A stretch of DNA of 55,941 bases, counting the filler, from Circinaria calcarea (lineage: Eukaryota), in NCBI GenBank assembly GCA_051942165.1. It is 5 parts of 5 records of this genome, joined end to end, with 100 filler letters (N's around TTAATTAATTAA, not from the genome) between each part and the next. Parts side by side here need not be neighbours in the genome. Positions count along the whole stretch, not along the records: positions 11,216 to 22,328 come from JAVECS010000710.1; positions 22,429 to 33,541 come from JAVECS010000711.1; 3 more parts are not named here. One strand, written 5' to 3'. The position numbers and the translations under genes are program-made. Positions 11,703-23,373 of the stretch are shown here, one piece after another. The first letter of the stretch is position 1. Each line of letters starts with the position of its first letter. The notes beneath the pieces were generated by a model that saw only the letters and a program-made list of their open reading frames with translations, ran no database searches and had not been told where the DNA came from.

Positions 11703-13623
11703 TCAGCCTTCCTCGAGCGAAAAATCAAACTTTTTAAATGCCGCCTTGAAGGCGTCGGCGTGCGCCGTTTCCTCGGCTTGCGCCTGCAGGCAATCTTTCC
11801 AGTCGAAGCGGCCCTCGAGCCCCAGGAGCTTGGCCATGACCTGGCGGCCGAATTGGAGGTTGAAGCGGAAAGCGGGCGTGAGGGGGAGGACGAGGGAGGT
11901 TTCTTTTCCTTTTCCTTTTCCCTTTTCGTTTGCGAGATTGGTGGTTGGGGTTGGATTGTTGTTACTGCCGTCGTCTTTTGCCGATCCGTTGCTTTGGTGC
12001 TGTTGTTCGGGCACCCAGATCCAAACGCGAAAGAAGTCACTTTTCTCGCCCGACCCGTCGCCGATTTCTTTGCGTTGGAAGAGGGGATATTTCTCGTTCT
12101 CGGCTTCAACTTGGAAGGCGGCTTCGACGAGACCTTTCCTAACGAGCTCGGCCGGTACGGGGAGGAATTGCCAGTGGACGTGGATTCCGCCCGCGCGGCT
12201 GACTTCCCAGGTTACGGCACCGAGAGCGCCGCTGGACTTTTCGACGACCATGGCGTGTAAGGCGGAGCGGTAGCGTTGCATCTCTTTGTAGGTGGAATCG
12301 CGGGTAGCGCTATCGGGGATCGTGTCGAGGGTAGGTGAATGGGTAAGGGGGATGATGAGGATGTGGGCGGGGTAGTTGAGAGATGGAAAGGTCGATGCGG
12401 TGCTGAGAGGGCCTTTGGCCGTTGTCAGATATGTATCTGTAGCGATTGAGGTGACGAGATGAGTAGCGAGGTTGGGATTCGAAAGGCAGAAGAAACACTC
12501 GGCAGGGGTCGGGGGTGGCTGTTTGTGGCGCTTGGGATGTCGGTGGTGGTTATCGTGTTGCGGGAAGCGGGAGTATGCTTGTTCTTGGTCTGGAAGGCGC
12601 TGACGTTTCTTGTAATTTTGACCTAGAGGGGAAGCAGTCGTTCCGACTGGGAGGGTTAGAGGTGGAGAGGCGTTGGGATCTAGGGAGAAGGCGTAAAGCC
12701 ATTTCTGTTTTCCGGGATTGTCAAAAGACGCCAGACTGAGGAATCGAGTTATAGGCTTGACGTCTGGTTGGTCCTCTTTTGGTTGGTGGAAAAATGGTTC
12801 TCGTTCGTAAAAGAAGTCAGGGGAGGTGCTGAAGTGATATCGGGGCTTTAATGTAGCGCAAAGGTCTGCAATGCATTTCTCAGTCACAGGCTCTTCTGCC
12901 TGGTCCGGTATCATAATCTTAGATCCAGTTTGGATTGATGACGGCCAGCATGAGGTTAACAGGATATCTGCAGTATTCGCACCATGAAGAGACTTGGCAT
13001 CGCCTTCCGTATGGAATGGAAGATATTTGTCCTTGGAGAGGCCAGCAGTGACGTTTGGGTCCAAGGACCCTCCTAATGCCACTATCCGGATACCTTCCGA
13101 GGTCTTGGTAGTTGACCGCTTGCCTAGAAAATAAAGATTGGGACATATTTCCCCTCCTTTATCGAGACGTTCGGTGACCTTCTGCGGAAGCGCATGCTTC
13201 CCGACAGTGAAGTAAGTTGGCAATGGTACGACGATACTACCGTCCAAGAGTGAAGAGATGGCCTTATCATGTTCAGCGGTTGCCGCTAGTGGATCCGCAA
13301 ACAGATCTCCAACGACAGTGGCAAAGGAGAAGCCATTCTTGGATTGCAGCTTTGAGATTTTCTCGAAGACGCCGGCAAATTGTCCTTTGACGGCACCGAT
13401 GACGACTCTACGCGATAGTCAGTACCTAATTTCTTGCATAGTACAGTAAAAGGAAAAACACATATAAAGCATGTGGGAGCCTTGGAGAAGCATGATCGAA
13501 TAATAACTTATAGAGATAGGGCCGCCGAAATCGCAATAATGTATTAGAATCCTGTAAAGTACAAAGCTGACTTGAACAGAAACTGAGACAGAAAGATCGG
13601 CTTACTTACATTTTTGAAGCCAT
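11703..13623 (-). CDS. DRN1: CWF19-like / Drn1 (CwfJ domain) lariat-turnover splicing factor
   Basis: Exon 1 ATGGCTTCAAAAAT, then a ~200-nt intron, giving MASKIVVIGAVKGQF...VVGDLF. Pseudo-metallophosphatase N-terminus (LKPRYHFS, FFYEREPF, TRFLSLA) and CwfJ C-terminus (CFFCLSNP, YLTTAKGPL, HILIIPLTH, HVHWQFLPVP, QFGRQVMAKLL). Confidence 0.9.
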
Positions 13624-13817
13624 ATCTACTACAGCTCAGTACCACTCAATGCTGATAATTCCAAAGGCAGTAAACACCAAAAAGGGATGGTCAAGAATCC
13701 AAAGGCTTCAGCCCTAAAGCCTTGGTATCGGAGCTTAGATTCTATCGCCGGCGCTAACGATTTTAATGTTGGATTTATTCTTTCGCATCAAAGTTCCATG
13801 TGCAACACAGCACGCAT
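13624..13817. promoter_or_regulatory. Probable bidirectional promoter between the CWF19-like gene and UTP20
   Basis: The two divergent ATGs are only ~195 bp apart. Confidence 0.55.
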
Positions 13818-16800
13818 ATGATGGCAACCATGTCTTCATCCAGAAAAGACCGACCACCAAAGATGGTCAAGGGAGGTACGATTGCCTTGAAGAAGCACCG
13901 CTTCGAATCCTTTAATCAGCGTATCGCCAAACTCAAAATCGATCCTGTCCGACGAGCACGGCGTCAAGATGTTGAAAGAGATAATCTATCCTCCACTGCA
14001 TCCTTCTTCAAGGCAGGACTGGCTTCTTGGGGAGATCTCAATCTCTCGGAGAACTTTACGGCCTTCATCCAAGAGGTTGAACCACTTTGCGACAGCTTAG
14101 CACAGATTCTGCATTACCAACAGAGAATCATGGACATCTTGGTGAAATATATTGAGAGAGCAGACGTGCTTTCTCTGGAACCGCTACTCAGTCTTCTGGG
14201 TCATCTAGCACACGATTTAGGCACGAGGTTCGAAACACATTTCTTGAGGGCGGTGAAACTGATCACCTCATTGGCCGCGAAGCATGCAGATGTGGAAGTA
14301 ATCGAATGGAGCTTCGCATGTCTGACCTGGCTCTTCAAGTATCTATCACGACTCCTCGTACCAGATTTACGACCTATATACGATGTCATGGCGCCCTTGC
14401 TTGGAAAGGAGTCACAGAAGACACACATTACAAGGTTTGCAGCCGGAGCCATGTCATTCCTGCTCAGAAAGGCAGCGCTTGGGTATCAGAAGAATACCGA
14501 ACCTCTCAATACCATTGTCCGATACATGTTTTATGACATTCAGGCTGTGGGAGATCAGAACAATGAGCTGTATCGGTATGGTATCATGACGCTATTTGCA
14601 GATGCGATCAAAGGTATCCATCGGGGACTTCATTCCAGTGGCCCAACCATTTACCATTGTCTTTTAGACCAGGTAGCTACTATGGAAGTAGTCACAAGTT
14701 CTACTTGTGCACATATTGTTTATGGTATTACAATCAGCCTTATTCATCATACTGATGCGGAAACCTTCCTCCCAATATTAGATGTTATTTATGATGGCAT
14801 TTCGAAGCTATCAAAAACTTCAAAATTACATCCCCTCTCACTTTATGGGGAGTTGCTGTTCGTTGTGGCTGTCGTGCGAAAGGGCTCAAGAATCGGAAGT
14901 TGGAAACCGATGCTTGATAGCTTGATGACCTTACTCGAGCAGCGTGCAATAGACGATGATCACTTGTCAGCCGCGTGTTTACATCCAGTTTTCGCAGCTG
15001 CAGCGGTGATCTTTCAGTATTCGCCATTGGATCTCGTCATTTCCAAATTTGGTCCTACGATGAATATCATGGCGAATGAAAGCAACCGAAGAAGCTTTGT
15101 CCCTTTTTGTATATACTTCTCCGAGCTCGGTAAAGACCGTTTTCACAGCCTCCTTGCACCCTATTTCTACAAGTGAGTTATTACCTCTCTATTGCCCAGA
15201 TCAAGCTGACAACAATCTAGATTTGTAATTCAAAACTGGAGAGTGGAAGAACTGCAGATTTGTTCTTCGATACCCGTCTTATTCGACGGTGACTACAGTC
15301 CCGACGGCCACACACAGAGAGCCACAATGACCTGTCCAGAGGTCTGGCAACAGCAAATCATTAACACCTTTGAAATGGCACGCGTTGACGATAATCTCCT
15401 CGTCCAGTGCAGTGCATACCTGGATATGCTTAAATATGTGTCTATCGGCAATACGACTACTGGACATCTCAAACGGATTCTGGATGGCCTGATCAATGAT
15501 TCTCTTTCCTCCCCTACAAGTACCGACCAAAGACTATCTTTTAGCTTAGGCGTTGCTCTTGAGTCACTCCTTCGACTCGGCAATATTGATGGATCTAGTA
15601 GCCGACAGCTCTGGCCTCAGCTTTGTGCAATGGTCGATAGGTTTGGTTCAATGCCGATTTATCTCGAGAATCTTATCTTGTTCTGTGAAGCTTCTGAAGT
15701 TGACTTGCACGATACAAGTACGGATATACTTGTTTCCGTACTCGTTCGAAATCTCTCATGTTCGGTCCACACGTTGAGGTCTCTTTCCATACGTCTTCTA
15801 TGTGCATTGCATAGCAAAGCTCACCACCGAGAATCCGAAGCTCTTAAGATAGTCCTGATTATCGAGAATACCCCACTCAATCTACAGTCAGCCCGCTCTG
15901 CCTCAATGCATGTCCGGAAACTGCCCGCTCAATATGAGGCTATCCTATCTGATCCCTGGCTAAGCAAGGCCATTCCGTACTTTTGCTTTGGCCTTTTGAC
16001 GTTCAAGCTTTCCCAACTTTGGGACGACGCAGTCGATGTCCTCAAGGCTATATGTGAATCAAAAATAGGGGAAGACATTGTATCCGAGATTGCCTTTAGG
16101 TGGCTCGAAGATGGACTCTCAGAATCTGAGGAGACTATGTCTTTCAAAAGTGAAGCACTAAAACCGCAGCGCCTAAACGAGTTTCAATGCTCTGAATTCT
16201 CTCGAGTGAAAAGCTTGATCGAGCAGAGCTCTCAGGAGATTGCATCAGCTGCTGAGCACTTACAAGCCAAGTATATTACAAGGCATCGGCTTGATCCCTT
16301 GGAAATACCAGACGTGGCATCTCGAGCTCTGCGCGTTCTACTTGGTATCCCTCATATTGCCGAGAAACGGTCTCGACGACTTGTGCCGCTATTTCTACAG
16401 TGGGCATCCACCGAGCAGACAAAGGATACAGCAATCGCGGCCCAAGACGAGGATCAAGCGCTTGAGTTGGGTGTGCAAGATGAGCAACTGAAGCATGACA
16501 AGCTTGGTCAGAGAGATCGCAAAGCCATGCTCGATCTTTTCAGTCGTTTCACCAATCCTCGCGTTTTGTTTAGGTCCTCGGAAGTTTACCGGGCATTACT
16601 TGGCCTTCTGACCAATGGAAATGTGGAACTTCAAAGATCAGCACTCAAGGCTATCTTTACGTGGAAGGTAGAGGGTATACAACCATACCAGGAAAACCTG
16701 TTGAATTTACTGGACGACTCTCGGTTTCGAGACGAGATCTCCGTGTTCCTGCAAAGGGATTCCCAAGAAAGTACCATTGAGGATCTTCATCGATTCGAGC

Positions 16801-19800
16801 TTATGCCTGTTATACTTCGGTTACTGTATGGCAAGATCATTGCCCGATCTGGAAGCACCAGCGATAGAAGAGGGCAGGCAGCTAAAAGAAGAGCAGTGTT
16901 TCAAGCGTTGTCCAGGTTCCCTAATGGCAACCTCCAGGAATTTGTTCATATTTGCCTTGGACCACTTGGAAACTTTACCTTGTTGGAGAATTCTTTCAAG
17001 GTGGAGAATATGTGTCCAGGTCAGCTGGCTGTCAGGAAGCAACTCGGGCTTGTTAACATGATGAACGACATGCTGGAAACTTTAGGTAGCCAGCTTGCAT
17101 TCCTTGGGCAACCCATTGCTAACGCAGTAATGTACTGTATGACCCAGTCAAGTCAGGATAGGGTGTTGGAGTCTCACGGTACTGGGTTGGACAATCCAGG
17201 GAGTTCCCAACTCTCGCTCCTCAAAGATATTCGCCAAGTTGGATTACACTGTCTAAAATTGTTGTTCCAAAATTGTCCCACGGGAGACTTACAGCCCTTT
17301 TTACCAGCGATCTTTGAAGATGTACTGAATCCACGGCTCGAAAAGCTGCCAATCGAAACAGCGCAATCGGTCTCGGGGATGCTACGACTTTTCTCTGTAT
17401 GGGCTTCGTCACCTGAAATGTGCTTCTTTCTAACCCAATACAATACTTCTTTGATGAACGCAGTTATTGACTGTTTAGAAGTGCCATCAGCCAAGGATGA
17501 AGTGAAACTTTTCGTCATTAACAGCATCCTCAAGCAACTCATCAGTCTGGTGAATCCAAAGGAAAGTCGAGAGCTCAATACACTGGTTGACTGCCAATTG
17601 ATTCAAGCACAAGTACTCAGTCCCCACGTTGATCATATACTCGCGCAGGCAGGATCTTTACTACGTAAAAGTCCTAGTAAGGACTTGTTGGGTGCTACGA
17701 TATCTCTCGTATCTCAAATGGCTCCTATCGTCACTGGTACGTCTCAGATAGAGAATCTTCTTGAGGTTTCAACCTTCTTGCTAGATCAGCCGGCCCAGAG
17801 GGTCAATCCAAAGTCCAAAGGCGACCTTCTACGAGTTATTCAGCACTTTGTGCCATTGGTGGCACTTGATGTGGATGAAGCGTTACAGCAACATCTATAC
17901 GATACTGTCTCTTCGCTGTTCGGATATTTCAAAGACCGGGTCAATCGAGTCATACTATCTGAAGTTCTAAGTACTTTAGCACAACATGACAAGGATCTTG
18001 TACGAGTCGCTGATTTGTGCATCGCTCTAAATTCTTTCTCATCTCAATCAATCGACGAGCCCGACTTTGACAAACGGCTTGTTGCGTTCAACTCCATCAA
18101 CGAAGTAGAGTATAAATCATTCTCGTTAAAGGAGTGGAAGCCGCTTGTGTATAATATGCTTTTCTATATCAAAGATAACGAAGAACTGGCGATTCGGTCT
18201 AATGCCTCATTTACGCTCCGACGATTCGTTGAAACTACCCCAATGATTTCTACAACATCAACAAGCCCATCAGGAGGCAGCCTTCTGAAGCAGGTTTTGC
18301 TACCCTCCATCCGAAGTGGCGCTTTAGAACGATCTGAGCTTGTACGTACGGAGTATCTCGCAGCTATGGCTCACCTTATCAGGAAAAACCCTGGCTGGTC
18401 TGAGATTAGCGACATGGTTGTTCTTCTGGTGAACGACGATGAGGAGGCTTCATTCTTTAGCAATATATTGCACATTCAGCAGCATCGTCGTCTCCGTGCC
18501 TTGCGGCGGTTAGCCACTAATGCCCGCCACGGCCACTTAAGGAGTGCTAATATAGCCCACTTCCTTATTCCATTGATAGAACATTTCATCTTCGACAAGG
18601 CGGATGATGAAAGTGCTCATAACCTTGCCGCCGAAGCTATCTTGACTATTGGTGCTCTTGCTGAATGGCTGGAGTGGCCTCAGCTGAGGGCTATGTTTCG
18701 ACGGTTTAGCGGTTACGTACAGAGCAAGCCAGATCTTGAAAAGACGACAATCAAGCTCCTAGGGGTTGTAATCGACGCATTGGGAATTGCGGGTGCAGCT
18801 AGACAGCAGCGCACCTCGCCTGCTTCACCGCAAGAAGTTGATGATGATATTGACATTCCTTCGGGGCCGCTGGAAAGCCAGGCATGGAGCACATTATCCA
18901 TCACGTTACCTGGTACAGATAAACTCACAGATGATCTAATAAAAAATTTACTGCCACCACTGGTAAGCTATTTGCACGAGAAAGATGAATCTAAAGTCAG
19001 TCTCCGGGTACCTATGGCTATATCGATTGTGAGGTTACTTAAGCTTCTACCGCCAGAGCAACTTGCTGAGCGTTTACCACCTATATTGACAGACGTTTGC
19101 CACATCCTTCGCAGTCGGGCTCAAGAATCTAGAGACATGACTCGTAAAACTTTGGTCGAGATTGCGACATTGGTTGGTCCTTCATGTTTTGGTTTCATCC
19201 TTAAAGAACTACGGGGATCCCTAGCAAGAGGATATCAGCTGCATGTACTGTCCTATACGGTACATTCTATTCTTGTAGCTACTGCTCCAATATTCAAACC
19301 GGGAGATCTGGATTATTGCTTGCCTCAAATAGTGTCGGTAATTATGGATGACATTTTTGGGGCTACTGGTCAAGAAAAGGATGCAGAGGAATACATAAGC
19401 AAGATGAAGGAAGTTAAGAGTAGCAAGAGCTACGATTCCATGGAGCTTGTAGCTAAGACCACTACAATTGCGCGCCTTTCGAGTCTAGTCAAGCCATTAC
19501 AGACTTTGATGGGAGAGAAACTAGACTTACGGATGGTCAAGAAGATTGACGAGCTGCTCCGACGTATCGGAGTGGGACTCTTACGCAATGAAATTGTTCA
19601 GAGCCGAGAAGTACTCATCTTTTGCTTCGAAATAATTCGAGACGCTAGTAAGCTTGATACTGACCGGGAAAAGAAGACGAAGGAGGACTACCGCGTGAAG
19701 CGGTTCCTTGTTTCTTCCAAAGGTTCTAATGCGCAACGTGGTACTTCCAACACATACGAATACAAACTGGCTCGATTTGCTCTCGACATCTTGCGATCTG

Positions 19801-21758
19801 TCCTCCATAAGTTTGACACTCTTCAGACACCGTCCAACTTGTCCGGCTTTATACCTGTCATTGAGAATGCGCTACTTCAATCGCAAGAAGAGGTCCAAAT
19901 CTCTGCTATTCGTCTACTAGCTACAATCATCAAAGTACCCTTAAAGGTGATTGATGAAAACGGCGTCAAGTATGTATCTGAGGCTGTAAAGATAATCAAA
20001 GAGACTACTTCGACAAATACAGAAATCGCACAAGCTGCATTGAAATTGGTCTCAGCGGTCCTCCGAGAACGACAGAATGTCACTGTCGAAGAGTCCGATA
20101 TAGCCTACTTGCTTCAACGTTTGAAGCCTGATTTGGACGAACCAGATCGCCAAGGCGTTACTTTCAACTTTCTTAAGGCAGTCATGGCTCGTAAGATCAT
20201 CATTCCCGAAATTTATGAGACTCTCGAGACTATCGCCGCCATCATGGTAACCAATCAGACGCAAGGTACTCGTGACCTCGCTCGTGGTGTATATTTTCAA
20301 TTCCTTCTCAGCTATCCTCAAAGTAAAGACCGTTTAGCCAAGCAACTCGGCTTTCTCGTGAAGAACCTCGATTATAAGCATATAGAAGGGCGACAGTCCG
20401 TTATGGAAGCCGTACACCTCCTCCTTTCCAAAGTCGGCGATAACCTCGTACAAGAGCTTGTGGGCACCTTCTTTGTTCCCCTGATGATGGTGATTGTGAA
20501 TGATGATTCTCACGACTGTCGCAGAATGGCAGGTGAATTACTCAAGGAGCTGTTCGAGAGGGCAGACAGCGAACGAACCCAGCAAGTTCTTTCCATGCTT
20601 AAGACTTGGCTTAACCAAGATGAAAATACACTTCTGACTAGGATTTCACTTCAAATCTACGGCATATATCTAGATGTTCAAGGAGTCAAGGGAGAAAGTG
20701 AGGCATTGCTTTTGAAGGAACGTATTATATATTTCCTCAAAAAGAATCTTTCGGATTTCGCTACTGCCGATTGGGAAGTGCTTTACTTTGCGCTCCAAGC
20801 TGTGGCAAAGCTGTGCCAGACTTTCCAAAACATCATGTTCAAGTCTAGTTCAGCACCACTGTGGTTGCAAGTGCGTGAATGCCTCTATTTTCCACATGCA
20901 TGGGTGAAATTGGCTGCTGTGAAGCTACTTGGCATTTACTTTGCAGATTTTGCTCGCAATAACGCAGCGACAGAGCAGCCTGAACGGCCACTCAGAGGTT
21001 CCAGCGGCCTCCGCCTCGGTGATGAAGAGATGATCAAGGTTATCAATGTTTCGTTTAGGATTCTTAGAATACCTAGCTTGAGCGAAGAACTTGCAACCCA
21101 GTGTGGCAGAAATCTCATCTTCCTCGGCCGATTTATAGGGGCGACGAAGATGGTACAAAGCGACCCAAAGGTTCAACCTCTGAATGGGACGTCAGGTGAT
21201 CAAGAGGACGATGATGAGGAATTTTCCGAGTTGGAGTTAGATGATAGACCAGATAAGTCCGCACTACAATACATCTTCGAGCGTCTTTCTGCAATTCTTC
21301 GTCGCGAGCCCGGCAACAATAGAGCTCCGTCGCTCATCCCAAAGACGGCGTCTTTGCAAATTATGGCTGCCCTGTGCAATCATCTCCCTCTATCAACGCT
21401 CGCACCTCTAATGGAGATCATCCTCCTTCCCTTGCAGAATCTGACCGACCCAACAATCGCAGCCCCCTACTCATCCGACGAAGGCTTCCGAACCGCTTAC
21501 GGCGCACTGGTGTCAAGTAGCCAAGAGATCATGTCGCTGCTGCAGCAGAAGTTGGGGACGACGGAGTACATTATGCAATTGACCAAGGTGAAGGAAGGAG
21601 TCAAGGAAAGGAGGGAAGGGAGGAGGGTCAAGCGGCGGATTGAGGCGGTGTCGCAGCCGGAGAAGATGGGGAAGGAGAAGAAGCGGAAGGGGGAGAAGAA
21701 GAGGGAGAAGAGGAAGGAGAGGAGCGGGGAGGAAAGGGGAAGGAGGAGGGGGTGGTAG
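13818..21758 (+). CDS. UTP20: U3 snoRNP / SSU processome HEAT-repeat protein Utp20 (~2630 aa), intron 15173-15220
   Basis: N-terminal HRFESFNQRIAKLKIDP; DRIM region (GYQLHVLSYTVH, DIFGATGQEKDAEEY..KMKEVK); basic C-terminal tail. A 48-nt GTGAGT..GCTGAC..TAG intron joins the 458-aa and 2171-aa ORFs in frame. Confidence 0.95.
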
Positions 21759-22328
21759 CTCTTCTGGCATCTATTAAATGGTGGGATGAATTCGTTGCGA
21801 GGCCCTTGAAAAGGGTTCGCAGAGCTTGGGACTTAGTCTGACTTCTGTTACGTGGATTCAGACGAGAGTGGCAGACATGACTGATGAGACGCGGTTTCAC
21901 GGGGGATTTGCAGCGGAGGAGGCGGCTCAAAACTGGGATGTATGCTACTACAATAAATACCAAGCGACACATTCATGCATTCAATAGAACTCGATCCCTT
22001 GTAACCTAAGGTAGTTATGCCTCCTCACCTTAGCATCACCAAGCATCCACCAATCCAGAATCCCACCTCCAAATTCCTCGCTCCTTTACTTGTACCGTAA
22101 ATCCAATATCTCCTTCTCACCCCGTGCTACTTTTCAATCTCGGGCGTGCAGTCTTCGCACATACCGATGGGATGAATGGGATATTGGACCCTTGTGCAAA
22201 AAAAAGGTGTAAGGAAGGCGGGGAGGTCGTTGTCTGGCAGAAGGGGAGAAGTGGGGAAAAGTGGGTAGGGACTAGGCGTTGGGGTTGGTGGGTGCGGAGG
22301 GAAGGGGATTGAGGAGGAGACCTGGAAG

Positions 22329-22428
22329 NNNNNNNNNNNNNNNNNNNNNNNNNNNNNNNNNNNNNNNNNNNNTTAATTAATTAANNNNNNNNNNNNNNNN
22401 NNNNNNNNNNNNNNNNNNNNNNNNNNNN
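22329..22428. other. Artificial scaffold spacer
   Basis: N44-TTAATTAATTAA-N44. Confidence 0.98.
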
Positions 22429-23373
22429 CCCCCCCCCTCAACCATCCTCATCCTCACCCTAGCCCCAGCAAACAAACCGGAAGACCCTGCACTGCACTGC
22501 ATTGCATTGCCACACCCGCAGCCCACGGCCCGGCCAATGGGCAGGACACACGCAAAATTTCAAGACTCAGACGCCCCCGCCCCGGTTTTGCGATTTTTCT
22601 TTTTCTTAAAAAAAAAAAGCCAAGTTGGAGTTAAGTAGAATAGTTAATTACGGACGGCGGCATGCGTAGGCGGTGGACAGGTTACGCAAAAATAGGACTT
22701 TGGGTATTGTCTTTTCTCTTTCTCTCCCTTCTCCTTCTCCCTCTTCGGAAGGGAGGTCAAGGGAGATTGTGAGGGGGAAGGGAGTTTGAGATTTCTCTGC
22801 TGGCGGAGACGTTGGGGGGAGATACGCTCCATTGGTTGGGGGGTATTTGCGGTGAGGATTGAGGATAGAGAGGGGAATAGATAGACAGGAAACGAAGGTT
22901 AGCCCAGAGGGGTGAGGGAAGGGACCACAGGAGAGGGAGTTTTGACTACCGGCAGCAAAAGGGGGGGGGACCATGACTGGCGAGAGGGACACAGATGTTC
23001 AAGATCACAAAACTCACCAAGACAAAAGTACCCCAAGGCAAATTTACTGCAGATGTAGCTTCATTCAGACTGTTCGCCACGAATTTCCTATCTGGTGTAC
23101 ATGCATGGGTAGCTGCCCCGGTAAGGCAATCTCACGAAAATCCAGAAGATAATTCGACCATAACCCTTCCCTATCATCGTCTGCAAAGTCATAGACGACA
23201 TCGACAGTATAGTACATGAATGAAGTGCCCCAGACATGATAACCGACAATTCCACCCATGAGTGTGAGTATTCTAGAAATCATGTCCGGTATCCCTTTGG
23301 ATGTTGAACGGCAAAGACGACTGAAGCATCTCCCCTCAGTATGGTAATATACCCTAAACTCAGAACGTTCCAT

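Noticed and set aside
11469..12273. Long antisense ORFs over the CWF19-like gene (similar ones over PRP28, APE2 and ZNFX1)
   Set aside because: Shadow ORFs caused by GC-rich codon usage of the real gene on the opposite strand.
23216..23330. Possible box C/D snoRNA downstream of PRP39
   Set aside because: Only loose ATGA/CTGA matches; no terminal stem or recognisable rRNA guide.
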